NCBI GenBank assembly: GCA_002269645.1
Contig: NIVC01000418.1
Location: 62,001 to 126,000, forward strand
Direction of reading: 5' to 3'
From: Macrostomum lignano
Taxonomy: Eukaryota
Length of the DNA: 64,000 nt
Shown here: piece by piece, positions 1 through 11,647 of the stretch
How positions within the stretch are numbered: the first letter of the stretch is position 1
Layout: each line of letters begins with the position of its first letter
Translations under genes and position numbers: made by a program
Notes under the pieces: model-generated
Databases searched by the model: none
Told to the model about the DNA's origin: nothing
What the model saw: the letters and a program-made list of their open reading frames with translations, nothing else

Positions 1-2823
1 GCCGAGCTCAGCAACTACCAGTTCACCGCCGACAACCAGATTGCGTCAGCCTCGGTCAGCCTCGCCGCCGTCGCCAGCGTCGCTGCCGCGCCGGAAACCG
101 GCAGGGCGGAAATCGACGAGCACGCAGAGCGCTGCCGGCGGGCAATAAAGGACGCTGAGTCAGCGAAGCGGCTCCTCATCCGGCTGCAGGTCGATGCCGA
201 TGCTCCTGGAGGAGGCAGCAGCGGCGGTGGCAGCAGCAGCGGCAACGGCGGTGACTTTGCAATAAGCCGCTGCCTGACTGCCGACCTGCCGGCGCCGTCG
301 CACGCGGCTCTGTCCGCCGACCTGGACGCCGCCCAGCTTGAGATGCTGCGCCTGGCCGCTGCCGCCTGCCCGACCAGCTTCGCCGAGGACTCCGGCTTGG
401 CCGACTCGCTGAAGGCCCAGCTGCACGGCGAGAACTCCCGCTGCCGCATCGGCCTGGCCCGCGTGGCCGAGGCGCTGAGCCGGTCTGCGGGACCCGCACT
501 GGCCGCTGAGCTGTCGTGAGTTATGAGAGCAACTGCTCTGGCGCTCTTTTTGTCACACTCGGTGTCACTCCATTTGTCACACTCGGTGTCACTCCATTTG
601 TCACACTCGGTGTCACTCCCTTTGTCACACTCGGTGTCACTCCCTTTATCACACTCGGTGTCGCTCCCTTTGTCACACTCGGTGTCACTCCATTTGTCAC
701 ACTCGGTGCCACTCCCTTTGTCACACTCGGTGTCACTCCCTTTGTCACACTCGGTGTCGCTCCCTTTGTCACACTCGTTGTCACTCCCTTTGTCACACTC
801 GGTGTCACTCTCTTTGTCACACTCGGTGTCACTCTATTTGTCACACTCGGTGTCACTCTCTTTGTCACAATCAGTGTCACTTCCTTTGTCACACTCGGTG
901 TCGCTCCCTTTGTCACACTCGGTGTCACTCCCTTTGTCACACTTGGTGTCACTCTTTTGACACACTCGGTGTCACTCTCTTTGTGACGTCACTCGGTGTC
1001 ACTCTATTTGTCACTCGGTGTCACTCCCTTTGTCACACTCGGTGTCACTCCCTATTGTTACTCACTTTATCACACTCGGTGTCACTCCCTATTGTTACTT
1101 ACTTTGTCACACTCGGTGTCACTCCTTTTAATATACTCCGTGTCACTCTCTTTGTCACACTCTGTGTCACTCTTTGTCATAATCGGTGTATTTTCCACAA
1201 TGCTCAGTGCCCCAATGATATGTCTAAGTTGACTTCATTGCTAACTTATTTTCAGCGTTCTCAAGCTTAACAGCGCTCTGGTGATTACTACCCACCTGCA
1301 GGAAGTGGCCATTCGTAACTTGCACCAGTCGACGGACTCTTTGGTAAGCTGAAGACTTCTTGTCAGCTTCAAATACGGTAAAATGAGCTGATCTATTTAA
1401 TGTTCAAATAGTTGCGAATAAAATTTTACTGACTCTTTTCGGACACTCCAACTCGGACACCCATATAGGACAATTATCTCCGACACTCATCTCGGGCACT
1501 CACCTCGGACACTCTAACTCGGACACCCATATAGGACAATTATCTCCGACACTCATCTCGGGCACTCACCTCAGACACTCATCTCATACACTCACCTCGG
1601 ACACTCACCTCGGACACTTATCTCATGCACAGCATCTCGGACACTCACCTCGGACACTCATCTCATGCAATCATCTCGGACACTCATCTCATGCAATCAT
1701 CTCGGATACTCACCTCGGACACTTATCTCATGCACTGCATCTCGGACACTCACCTCGGACAATCACCTCGGACACTCAACTCGGACACTCATCTCATGCA
1801 CTGCATCTCGGACACTCATCTCGGACACTCACCTCGAACGCACCTCGGACACTCAAATGGAACACTAGTAGGTTCCTAAAAATTCCCCCCCCCTAAGACA
1901 AATCACGCCTTCCAATGCAGAACTCGCTGATCCGGAAGAAAGTATTCGTGCCAACCCTGCGCCGCAACATGGAGGCGTCCCATTCTGGCCACAACAGCCG
2001 GGGCCGCCCGCTCTCCTTGTTTCCGGCTTCTAATAAATCTTCGACGCCGCATCAACATCCGGCTCCTGATTCGCCAGAAACTCTCAGTGAAGAAGATGTC
2101 GAGGAGTTGAGCCTTAGCGAAGATGACTGGGATCCGTCAAAGCCGACAGCCGCACTGGCGCACACCCATCGGCCTGTCGGCGACAAAAATCGACGCTTGC
2201 CAACGTCGCGAAAACAACCGCCGGCGCCGGTCAACGGTGTCGTTAGTGGCGAAGACAGCTCTCGGGAGCTGCCGACTAGGCCGCTGCCACAGATGCCTCA
2301 GACTCTGAAGCCCCTGCCTCCGCCGACGCCATCACCGACACCACCGACGCCAGAGCCACCGACGCCGCCATCACCGACACCACCGACGCCAGAGCCACCG
2401 ACGCCTCAGACTCTGAAGCCCCTGCCTCCGACACCGCTGATGCCACCGACGCCGCCGACGCCGCTGTCGCAGACGCTGCCGCCACCGACGCCGCCGCCAA
2501 AGACGCCGCCAAAGACGCCGCCAAAGACGACGACTTTGACACAGCAATTGAATCCTCCTCCAGGAATCCGAGTGCCACCCGGTGCTGTGGCAATTCCGGG
2601 CCTGGCGATGAGCATGCCAATGCCTCGCCCGCAACAGCAGCATCAGCAGAACCAGCAGAACCAGCCGCCGTCAGTGCCACCAAAACCGCCGTGCAAGCCA
2701 TTGAGAAAAAAGAATATTGACACACCAGCTCCCGAGGAGGCGCGAGCGCCAGTGCCTGTACCAAGAAAGCGGGGCGGAAATGCTAAGATTAACGACTCAC
2801 CGGGTTCTGAGTGCGACGCCTGA
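1..2823 (+). CDS. CARMIL: CARMIL/LRRC16-like capping-protein regulator, 3' part (helical dimerisation domain plus Pro-rich tail); 5' end lies outside the window
   Basis: Exons 1-515, 1256-1343 and 1921-2823 join in frame through GT-AG sites (gtgagt at 516; CTAAC branch plus ttcag at 1255; gtaagc at 1344; tgcag at 1920). [30 protein letters not shown] and [23 protein letters not shown] align by eye with the CARMIL C-terminal helical domain as I recall it. These are followed by a CPI-like LAHTHRP..KNRRLPT motif and PxxP tracts. Confidence 0.75.
549..1180. repeat. 24-bp minisatellite (TTTGTCACACTCGGTGTCACTCCC) in a CARMIL intron
   Basis: About 25 visible tandem copies; explains the VTLGVTPF-type ORFs. 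Confidence 0.95.
1440..1860. repeat. Degenerate 13-bp-based minisatellite (GGACACTCACCTC/GGACACTCATCTC)
   Basis: Repeated ggacactc core with variable spacers. Confidence 0.9.
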
Positions 2824-2929
2824 TGCGACTGATTTCACTCTACGCCATTACATACTGGACCCACGGTGTATTTACGCGTAGCATCGCTAGCACTGTCTGT
2901 TTTAGCCCCCCTTTACAACTGCCGAATGC

Positions 2930-3415
2930 TGCACCCACCTCACTCCCCGCCTGTCCCCAACCCCCAAAGCCGCAGCACCCACCTCACTCCCCGCCTGTCC
3001 ACAACCCCCAAAGCCGCAGCACCCACCTCACTCCCCGCCTGTCCACAACCCCCAAAGCCGCAGCACCCACCTCACTCCCCGCCTGTCCACAAGCCCCAAA
3101 GCCGCAGCACCCACCTCACTCCCCGCCTGTCGCCAACCCCCAAAGCCGCAGCACCCACCTCACTCCCCGCCTGTCCACAACCCCCAATGCCGCAGCACCC
3201 ACCTCACTCCCCGCCTGTCCCCAACCCCCAAAGCCGCAGCACCCACCTCACTCCCCGCCTGTCCCCAACCTCCAATGCCGCAGCACCCACCTCACTCCTC
3301 GCCTGTCCCCAACCTCCAAAGCCGCAGCACCCACCTCACTCCCCGCCTGTCCCCAACCTCCAATGCCGCAGCACCCACCTCACTCCCAGCCTGTCCCCAA
3401 CCCCAAAGCCGCAAC
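2930..3415. repeat. 44-bp minisatellite downstream of the CARMIL stop
   Basis: About 11 copies of CACCCACCTCACTCCCCGCCTGTCCCCAACCCCCAAAGCCGCAG. Confidence 0.95.
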
Positions 3416-4916
3416 ACCTAGTAGGCTCCGATTAGGCTTATAACTGCAGTTCATTTGTCTCAATGCTCTCAACTGCTCAATACCATTTATAATTCATTTC
3501 ATGTATCTGCACTGACAAGAACAATATTAGGCTGTATGAGCGTAAATATCATCTGTTCGGTGCTACAACTATGCTATATTCATAATTACCAAATTGAATT
3601 GTTTGAACATAAAATTGGTGCAAAGTTTGCTGCCTTCATTTCATTCCATGTTGCATTAATCCAGAGAGGGTTGTTCCCCGACGCCACAAAATGAAGTTTT
3701 GAAGTTTTGTTCCCCGACGCCATTCCATTTCGCATTAATCCAGAGAGGGTTGTTCCCCGACGCCACAAAATAATCTGCTTCTTGTGCCATTTTGATATAA
3801 AAGCGCGTGTAAGCCTAGTTTACCTTTTTGCACTTTTGTCGGTTTTTCCTACTTGCCTAGCTGTCTGTGATTATTTTTCGAACATTTTTTAATCCATTTT
3901 TATTTGAGAATGGTTTTCTTTTTAATTTGAAAAACGTGATGAAATACAGATATCGTGTGCTGTGTCCACCCAATCACTCCAAATCAGTGAGCTTTCCTAT
4001 GCGTTAAAAATTATTTCACTGAGTTTACACAGGTAACAGGTAGCATAACAAGTATAGTGAGGGTAAGCTGATAGAGCCAGACCAAATGTCTTGAACTGAT
4101 ATGATGCGATTATGTGTGATACTCAGGGGCGTCGCCACCCGGGGGGGACATGCCAATGCTTTGTCCCCCCCCCAACCTTGTGACCCGTTATGGAAATCAA
4201 TATTTTTGATTCAGGGCGACAAAACATAGCGCCTGCGGCGCCAAAATTTGTGTCTGCGGCGCCAAAATGAATGAGCGCTAACAACAACAACTCTGAAAAT
4301 AATGTACATGTAGGAATTTAGTCATGTACAGGTACATGTAGAATTCTTGGCTTTGTTCCCCCTCCCATGATTTAACACAGTCGAGTTCAGCTTCCTCCTA
4401 CTTCAGGTGTCCATGCATTGAACAATCTGATTGGAGAGTTGAGCTGAGACCAATAAGGCCATGGTAATCTCATCGTCTGTGTTTCTCCATCTTGTTTCTG
4501 CTGGCTCAGCAAAAAGTTTCAGGAGCAGTCAGCATGGCGACAACCCTTTGCTGTCTGCAGTCCTTCTGGGCTGTGCTGTGTTTGATCTGGACCAACACCT
4601 GGTGCCCCAGTGTTGACTCGGCAATGGGTAAGCTGAGCTCACATCCTGATCGTGGCTATTCTAATGTGCCAAAACTGCTTTTTTCACGGGTTTTGTTACT
4701 ACGCACGTGTAGGCGTCAGTAAACAACAACGGTACTGCTTTCCAACTGGTGTCTTTGCTTTTAATTATACCGTGTTAATCATTCAATGTGATGGCCGCCA
4801 CCCTAACTCAGTAAAATATCATACCCTATCTAGTATTTCTTTATTGAATTAATAAGATGTTTTGCTGCAGCTCAGTTTTATTTCCGAATTCAAAGAAGGA
4901 CCAAAAATGTAAAGGA

Positions 4917-5122
4917 GGCCGTAGTCTAGTACATGTACATGTAGTCGGGCTCGGCGTTATGATGCGCCAGCGGCCCAGGCTCGATTCCAAAGTGCAGTCA
5001 CATGACTGCGTACGTATCTGCGCGGTTGTGTGCCTGCTACATAGGGAGTCGGCGGAATGGGCCGGCAGCAATGCCTCTCGCCGGTTGTGTGACAATGTCG
5101 CATAAAATGAGCCAGGGTGCAT
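4917..5122 (+). mobile_element. tRNA-derived SINE family A, internally deleted copy
   Basis: tRNA-like head ending GGCTCGATTCC (B-box-like); body shared with the copies at 9401, 28164 and 29760. Confidence 0.75.
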
Positions 5123-6099
5123 TTGCATGCCCCGACTTGCTCATGAACAATGACGATGTAGTGACCATTCGAATCCCATATTGAAATAGATTCATGCGGA
5201 ATTCGAAATTTTGCATGGAAAGTCGCAACGGGCAGTGGCGTACGCAGGGGGGTCAGGGGGGCAGCGCCCCCCCCCTAAACACCTTCACAAAAACTGGACG
5301 AAAGAAGCTCGTCGAAGGACAGAAGCTCAAATTTTGACATCTTTAGGACTTGGCGTCCACCAGCCTAGCAGACAGGGGGTTGGGGCACCCACCTAAGTAA
5401 GAGGGTGTCCACCAATCTATCGAATTCCATCTGCAGTGATTCGTCAGTTCCTACTCGAATCGAATTCGCTGAAGTCTGTCGCCGAGTTTGCTAAGGTGGC
5501 GAGATCGGTTGCCAGCAGCAAGATTCACTGCGCCGCTTTGTGCAGCAGCCGTAGCGACTGTCTGACATTCAGCTACTCGCCGAGCAGTTCCGAGTGTCGG
5601 ATGTCGAACGAGGAACTTGGATTTCTTAACACTGATGGCCATCCGGCCTACAGCTCCGGCCTGAAAGAACGGGCAGGTGAGGTGACAGAAGTCACTCGAA
5701 CAGGCCCAGCCTTTAAATCAAATCTCATTTTTAACGTTTTAACGGTTTAATCGGACTTGAATAAACGTTTGTATTAGGAAAAAGCTTTTTGAGATTCTTT
5801 GAAAAACGCTGGCTAACTACAAAATGAAGAACAACATCATTCACCAGTTCCGTTCGATTGAAATGCTGCAAATAGTTTTAATTTATTGATTACTTTACGC
5901 AAACAGCCTTCGGGTCTCCGTGCAAGCGTACCATCGTGACAATGACTGACGGTCGCCACTTCTGCCCCATGCAGCAGCGGGTGAGCGACGCCGACTTTCA
6001 GCAGCCATGGATTGTCTACGAGTCTGGCTTCGGCGACGATATCAACTACTGGATTGATGAGCTCGGCTCTCTGACTCTTCAAAATGCTGTATTACAGCA

Positions 6100-7260
6100 T
6101 GTGATCGAACGGTCTAGGGCAGGGGTCGGCAGAAGCCTCTCTATCCGGCCCTGATCGGGTCCTTTGAAACTTCACAATAGCAATCCGGCCCGCTCAAGGT
6201 TTGTGTCTCTTCTCAGCTCTCTTCTCAGTTCTCTCCGTTTTCCTCCCCTCCCCTATTTTCTTTCCTCTCTCCCTTCTGTCTTTTCTAAAATTTTTATTTA
6301 GCGTATAATAATATCGATTTTGAGTAGCAAAATGTTTTACAGTTTCAGAATTAGCAGAGGCGAGACTTTTGGGGCCTCTAACTAACTAACTAAAATAAGT
6401 AAATCTGGCGCCTCAGCCATTGAGCAGGCTCTTACGCCACACGTGATAATTTGGGTTCCAGATTGGGAGTGTACGAATGTACACAAGGTTTCTAAGCTAG
6501 AGTGAGAGTGACTGTGGCCAACAAGCTGAGCAGGCAACACCAGTCGGGCAAAGGGCGGGCCCTACCCCCTGCCTTCGGGGCGTTAAGCCTACTCCAAGCT
6601 CAAATCAAAACCTACCCGGGGCCAGAGGGGGTTGAGTGAACCAATCAGGGAAGCCCGTGCCTTCTCCGGGTTAGAAGAGCCAAAAACCGGTCATTTGACC
6701 GCCCCCACGGCCGTGGCTACCCTCGAGGAGCCTCCCCCCCTCACTAAACCCCGGGTACTCTTGCCTGACAGTCTCTTATCTTTGAAGCGGCAGGAGGGCT
6801 AATCGCCGGGACTATTTCACCCTTTGCTTCGCCAACCCGCCATTTCTATTAGGCCGTGCCAACGGCCCCGTCCTGGTCAGACTCAGTCCTGGTTCTGGCA
6901 CACTCCAGCTTTAATAGAGTCGCTGGCTGTTCGCTCAGAGGACACCCCGAGGGAGGGAGGACACTCCGAGGGAGGGAGGACACTCCGCCAGAGCATCAAC
7001 TGGAACAGGTTAGGCCTGCCTTCCCATACAGCTACCCACAGCCCTTCCTGATCGACTATTACCCTCCAACCCAGCCTACTAACTCATTACAAGCTTTCAG
7101 CCAGGCAGAGACAAGTGTCACAGTGGTACTGCGGTTAGGCGTCTCTATGCGAGACAAAACTAGGGGCAAGAATTTAGGGCCTCCTAACCAACTGCTTCCT
7201 TATTCTTACTGAATCATGCTAACCCCTTATCTAACCTTAACTAATATTCTCTCAAACGGA
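6100..7260 (+). mobile_element. Possible LTR-like non-coding insertion in intron 3 of PAN-FReD copy 1
   Basis: GC-rich, ORF-less, with CCAAT and GGGCGG motifs and a TAACTAACT tract. Patchy resemblance to the reverse complement of the 11748-13963 LTR. No target-site duplication found. Confidence 0.35.
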
Positions 7261-8584
7261 AACTACTAACAGTAGTTTTAATGCATATTCGCATTCGATT
7301 TTACACGCATAGCACTCAATGCCTAATATCACTCATTTATAATTTCGGAATCAAGTTTTTTCAAGCCAATCGATAACTGCTATTAACTGTCACGCCCATG
7401 AAGTTTGAGGCGAAAACCGAAAGCTGTCAAGCAAGTTAGCTCGATTTTTAAGTGCAAGTCTGATTTACCTATCCATGCCTGCCATATTTCCCACGGAACA
7501 CGTGTCGTGCCTGTTTTGGAAAGTCACGGGCCGCAACTCCCGCAGGTCTGCAAGCCATACACCGGCTTACTTCGTGCGATGCTAACGGAGTTGCTCTGCT
7601 AGTTCAACTGGTCACATGGCGCAACGAGTCGCTCTACCAGGTGTACTCCAACTTCAGCGTTCGGGATCTCCACTCGAATTACACAATGACAGTTGGACCC
7701 ATCGTTTCTAACAGTTCGAATATTGATTTTAACCATCTTGACTACCAGAACGGCATGATGTTTTCTACCACGGATCAGGACAACGACATGTTTGCGGCTG
7801 TCTGTTCGAACGCCTACCACGGCAGCGGCGGCTGGTGGTTCAACGCATGCGCCCGTTCCAATCCGAACGGTCTGTTTGTGTCTGAGCAGCTCATCGGCCC
7901 CGAGTGGATCGGTTAGATGCGCGATGGTCTCTGATGAGAATGAAGTTGGGGGCTCATGTCTACTTTCGCTTGGTCTCGAACAGGCGCAGATTTACGATCG
8001 ATATTAAGCAGGACCATAGACTTACTCTCTTTTCGAGAAACTGTCCTTTGCGTAAAGTTGCGATCGATCGTACGTCGCGTCAAGTTGCGAGCCTTTCGAG
8101 CAAACTATAAGTGCTTCCTCCCTAACTTACGTCTATGGCACACCGGAAGTCGCTTTCGAGAAAGACCCCCCTCCAGATTTCTCAAGAGTACACTAACTGC
8201 ACTGCAGCGATACGACAAATATATATGTTGCTTACCAGCGTACAGTTCATTTCTAAGAAAATCTAGTGTAGCTTCCTCCTGTCTTAGAAACTTCCGTTGT
8301 CCACGCTTGTCGAGCTTAAGACTGCTTCAAACTCGAACAATCAAGCAATTACGATCTCAAGGTTTGTCATTTGAGCTTTTTGTTCAAGGAAGAAATTTGA
8401 ATAAAAACACACCAATAATAAGCATCGATCACAGCAAGTATCCAAAATCGAAATTAAAATCTTTTGTTTTTGCTACATTGCAGCGGCATTCTGTATCAGT
8501 AGTAGACATTGGACATCACAAGTGTCATGAGCCGCTTTATTTGTCTCCCAGTGTATTTAACAATAGTTGATCAGTCAATTAGTA

Positions 8585-10160
8585 TCATCGTTCAATTTCC
8601 CGAATCAGGCGATCAGAAGCAGCAGACGCGTCGCCTTCAGCGACTTCCAAACGCTGGAGCGTTTCCAGCTCATCCACCTGTGCTCCCCGTGACCAACCGC
8701 CGGTACAGCGAGAGTACACTCCGTTCGGATTGAACAGGGTGCAGCCTCGGAACCACCAGCCGCTTCTTCCGTGATATTTATTCGAACAGGAGGCTGTAAG
8801 CATATCGTTATCCCGATCCGTAGTTGAGAACATACCTCCGTTGCTAAGGCTTAGTTTACTTTCCTTAGCGTTCGATTTCGCCGAATCAACGGGCCCGACA
8901 GTCATGACGTACGAGTAGTTTGTGCTGGCGTTTTGGACGAGAAAGTTCGAGTACTCCTGATACTGCAGCTCGTCGTCCTCCCAGGTCACAACTTGGACGA
9001 GAAGAGTGACTCCGTTGGCGACAGCCGAGCTGAGCTGGTGAATCGCTTCTAGGCCTGCCGATTGGTAAAAATCACAATTAATTCCATCACTTTTTATTAG
9101 TAAACGAAACAATGTCAATACTCTAAGAGTTGAAGCTTAAAATGGACGACTCACCAAGTAGTTTAAATCGTCGCCCAAACCGGTCTCGTACGCACTCCAC
9201 GACTGCTCGAAGCTGGTGTCGCTCACCCGCTGCTGGATGGGGCAGAACTGTCGACCGTCAGTCATGGTCACTATGTTACGCTTGCACTGAGATCCGGTGT
9301 CTGTGGAGGTGTTATGTGTGTCCATTGAATGGTTGGATTTTCTCTTTTTTGGATACTTTTATCACTCTCCAGGACGTTTGCGCTCGTGAGGCTTACTGTT
9401 GGCCCAGGCTCGATTCCCAGTGCAGTCACATTAATTTGGGACTGAATTGGAATCTCGGCTTGGCTCTGCTCGTGAAATTAACGCCCTTGAGGGCCACCAC
9501 CCCCCTCAAGACACAGTGAAGTGTACATGCCTAACTATAAATAAAGTTAGGGCCGCTGTACACTCCTGTGTGAGTGTGTGCCTGTGCGTATGACTGCTTA
9601 CGTATCCGCGCGCTTGTGTGCCTGCTCAGGGGAGTCGGTGGAATGGGCAGAAATGCCTCTCGCCGGTTGTGTGACAATGTCGCATAAAATGCGCCAGGGT
9701 GCACACAGCCAGCTGCCACTAAAAATGCACTGAGTGTATTTACCACCTGAAGCTGAAAAGTCAGAACAGATATGTTCGTCTTTGTGTGCGTTTGTGCGCT
9801 CGAGACCCATCTTAAAATTAACACTGTTGCTGTTATATCTGCATACAGATCGATCCATGTTGACAGTCCTGAAAACTGATGAATTGTTCTCTTCCAAGTT
9901 AATTAGCTGCTCACTTGCTTCGCTTGCGCGCCTCCTATGACCGAGGCTGTACTCAGGTAGACCAAAGCTGGCGAGGCCTCCGTTCTGGTTTGACATCCGG
10001 CACTCGGAGCTGTCCGGTGAGTAGCTGAATGTCCGACAGTAGCTGCGGCTGCTGCACAAAGCGGCGCAGTGAATCTTGCTGCTGGCAACCGATCTGGTCA
10101 CCTGGGCGAACTCGGTGACAAGGTTTGGTGAACTCGATTTGAGTTAGAACTCTAAAGCCA
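8585..10160 (-). pseudogene. PAN/apple + fibrinogen domain gene, copy 2 (disrupted; tail-to-tail with copy 1)
   Basis: PAN exon ~10160-9915 has an in-frame TAA at 10146-10144. FReD N exon 9300-9155 is 146 nt versus 150 in copy 1 (4-nt loss). FReD C exon from 9054 has a frameshift after NPNGVY; the shifted frame gives the canonical W..W..SLKATRLLL end. Signal-peptide exon not found. Confidence 0.85.
9401..9709 (+). mobile_element. tRNA-derived SINE family A, 5'-truncated copy
   Basis: Matches the reverse complement of 28164-28440 over about 300 bp; lies in an intron of PAN-FReD copy 2. Confidence 0.8.
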
Positions 10161-10599
10161 CTAAAATTTGAGTTCAGTGAGTGTGCGATGAGAATGGCGT
10201 TTCGGGTTGGTCGCAAAAAAATTTAAAAGGTAATTGCTCACGTCCATCAGCATTGACCGCTAACATTAACGTCAGGATTACAAATGGTAAAAGTTGCTTT
10301 AATTCAGTCATGGCTTGCCGGGAGCTACACTTAGCCAGCAGCGGACGGCAGCCGAATCCGAAAGCCTATTTATACACGGTATGAATTACAAAATGATAAC
10401 AATAGTGGATGCCATCCGTTGCTGCAGCGCCTGAATTCTCTCATCATTCGTCTTTCATAGTCTCCCCCGTCGCTCTGATGAAGCTCTGCATTCAAAGCCT
10501 CAGATTATTTGTCTACGGCTTTTCAAGCATCAAAGAAACGCCGCTTATAGGCCAGTTGCTGCTTGTTAGCATTGAACTTCGGTGCCTTTCATCGACGGT

Positions 10600-10815
10600 T
10601 CGGGGGTTCCGGGCGTCCGGATACAGCGGGGAGGTGTTGGCGCCCATTCCGCCAACCCCTGGAGACCACGGGCAGCTGGTGCTGCGGTGTCGCGCGGGGA
10701 GATCCGGTGGAGCCGGCGTCCGCAGCGCGGTCCCCCTCCGGAGAGTCCAGCAGGTGGATGGTCGCTCGCCCGGTAGTGGACGTAGTGGACGAGCTGGCAG
10801 AGATTCTCGGGCCTG
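10600..10815 (+). repeat. GC-rich dispersed repeat of unknown class; inverted homologue at ~20575-20755
   Basis: Shared blocks such as ACCCCTGG.GACCACGGGCAGCTGGTGCTGCG and GGTGGATGGTCGCTCGCCCGGTAG. Confidence 0.7.
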
Positions 10816-11647
10816 AAAACGTCAGAGGTCCACGTTAATGTATCGCCAACGGAGCTAACGGCGTAGTGCTTCGAAAAGTGAATCGAATACTTTCTGATGA
10901 TGAACACTGCATGTTGAATTTTGCTGTTGTAGAGTTCAGCCGACAGAAGACAGGTAAGTTGTTTTAGAAGCTATTCATTAGCACGAGCCTGTGACTTTCC
11001 TCTGGGTGCCGCTTCAATAAGGGAAGTCTCTATCGTTGTTCGTAGATAAAAAGTGCCGACTTGAGACTATGCAGTCCTAGAGTCAATCAGCGAAGTCTGT
11101 CATCATCATTGTTAGCAGATAAAAAGTGCCGACTAAGTCCTTTGTCCCAAGATTGAAGCGATGCAATCAGAGCGGCGCTTTCGCTGTCGGATCCCTCTAT
11201 AGAACTTTTCGTGCACAGGAGACGAGCCCAGGAGTTACATGTGCACTGAACTACCCTGGACCCCTGGTCCAAATCACATTACCAGGTAAAACACCAATTT
11301 GGTACCATGAATCGCTCGTGGTGGCTGCATTACTTCATAGAAGTAGCTTGCAGATTGCGTTGCTTGCCCGCAAGTTTTTGTCTGTCAATGAGTTTTGGTT
11401 CAATAAGAATATGCAAACAAAAGCCCTGACTACTTGTAGTAGCCAGTGTTGCATTCCGCTTTAATGCCACCTCAAAGTATAAAGTATGCTTAAAGTCTTG
11501 TTTTACGTAGGCGTGAATCAGGTGTTTGAGTCAAAGGGACGATTGGCTCGATTCACTCTCCTGGTATCTGTCTCGATTCTTCGTTTCTTTTTTCTTCGTT
11601 TTTTATTTATTCGCTTTATATATTCGTTTATAGATATCTCATGCGAT

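Larger units (their letters stand above)
4534..7950 (+). pseudogene. Secreted PAN/apple + fibrinogen C-terminal domain gene, copy 1 (disrupted)
   Basis: Signal-peptide exon 4534-4627; PAN exon 5437-5676 (CAALC..C..F.Y....C); FReD N exon 5907-6056 (QQRV..F.QPW.VYESGFGD..NYWI); FReD C exon from 7546 (FSTTDQDND, GGWWFNAC, NPNG). All junctions are phase 1. The donor after 6056 reads AT instead of GT, and TAG at 7914-7916 falls where paralogues have Trp. Confidence 0.8.

Noticed and set aside
516-3443. ORFs 516-986, 521-952, 523-960, 2811-3443 and 2866-3435
   Set aside because: They are open in several frames only because of the 24-bp and 44-bp tandem repeats.
4125-5400. CAGGGGCGTCGCC (about 4125) and CAGTGGCGTACGC (about 5233) MITE-like starts
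   Set aside because: No matching opposite terminus or target duplication was found, so boundaries cannot be supported.
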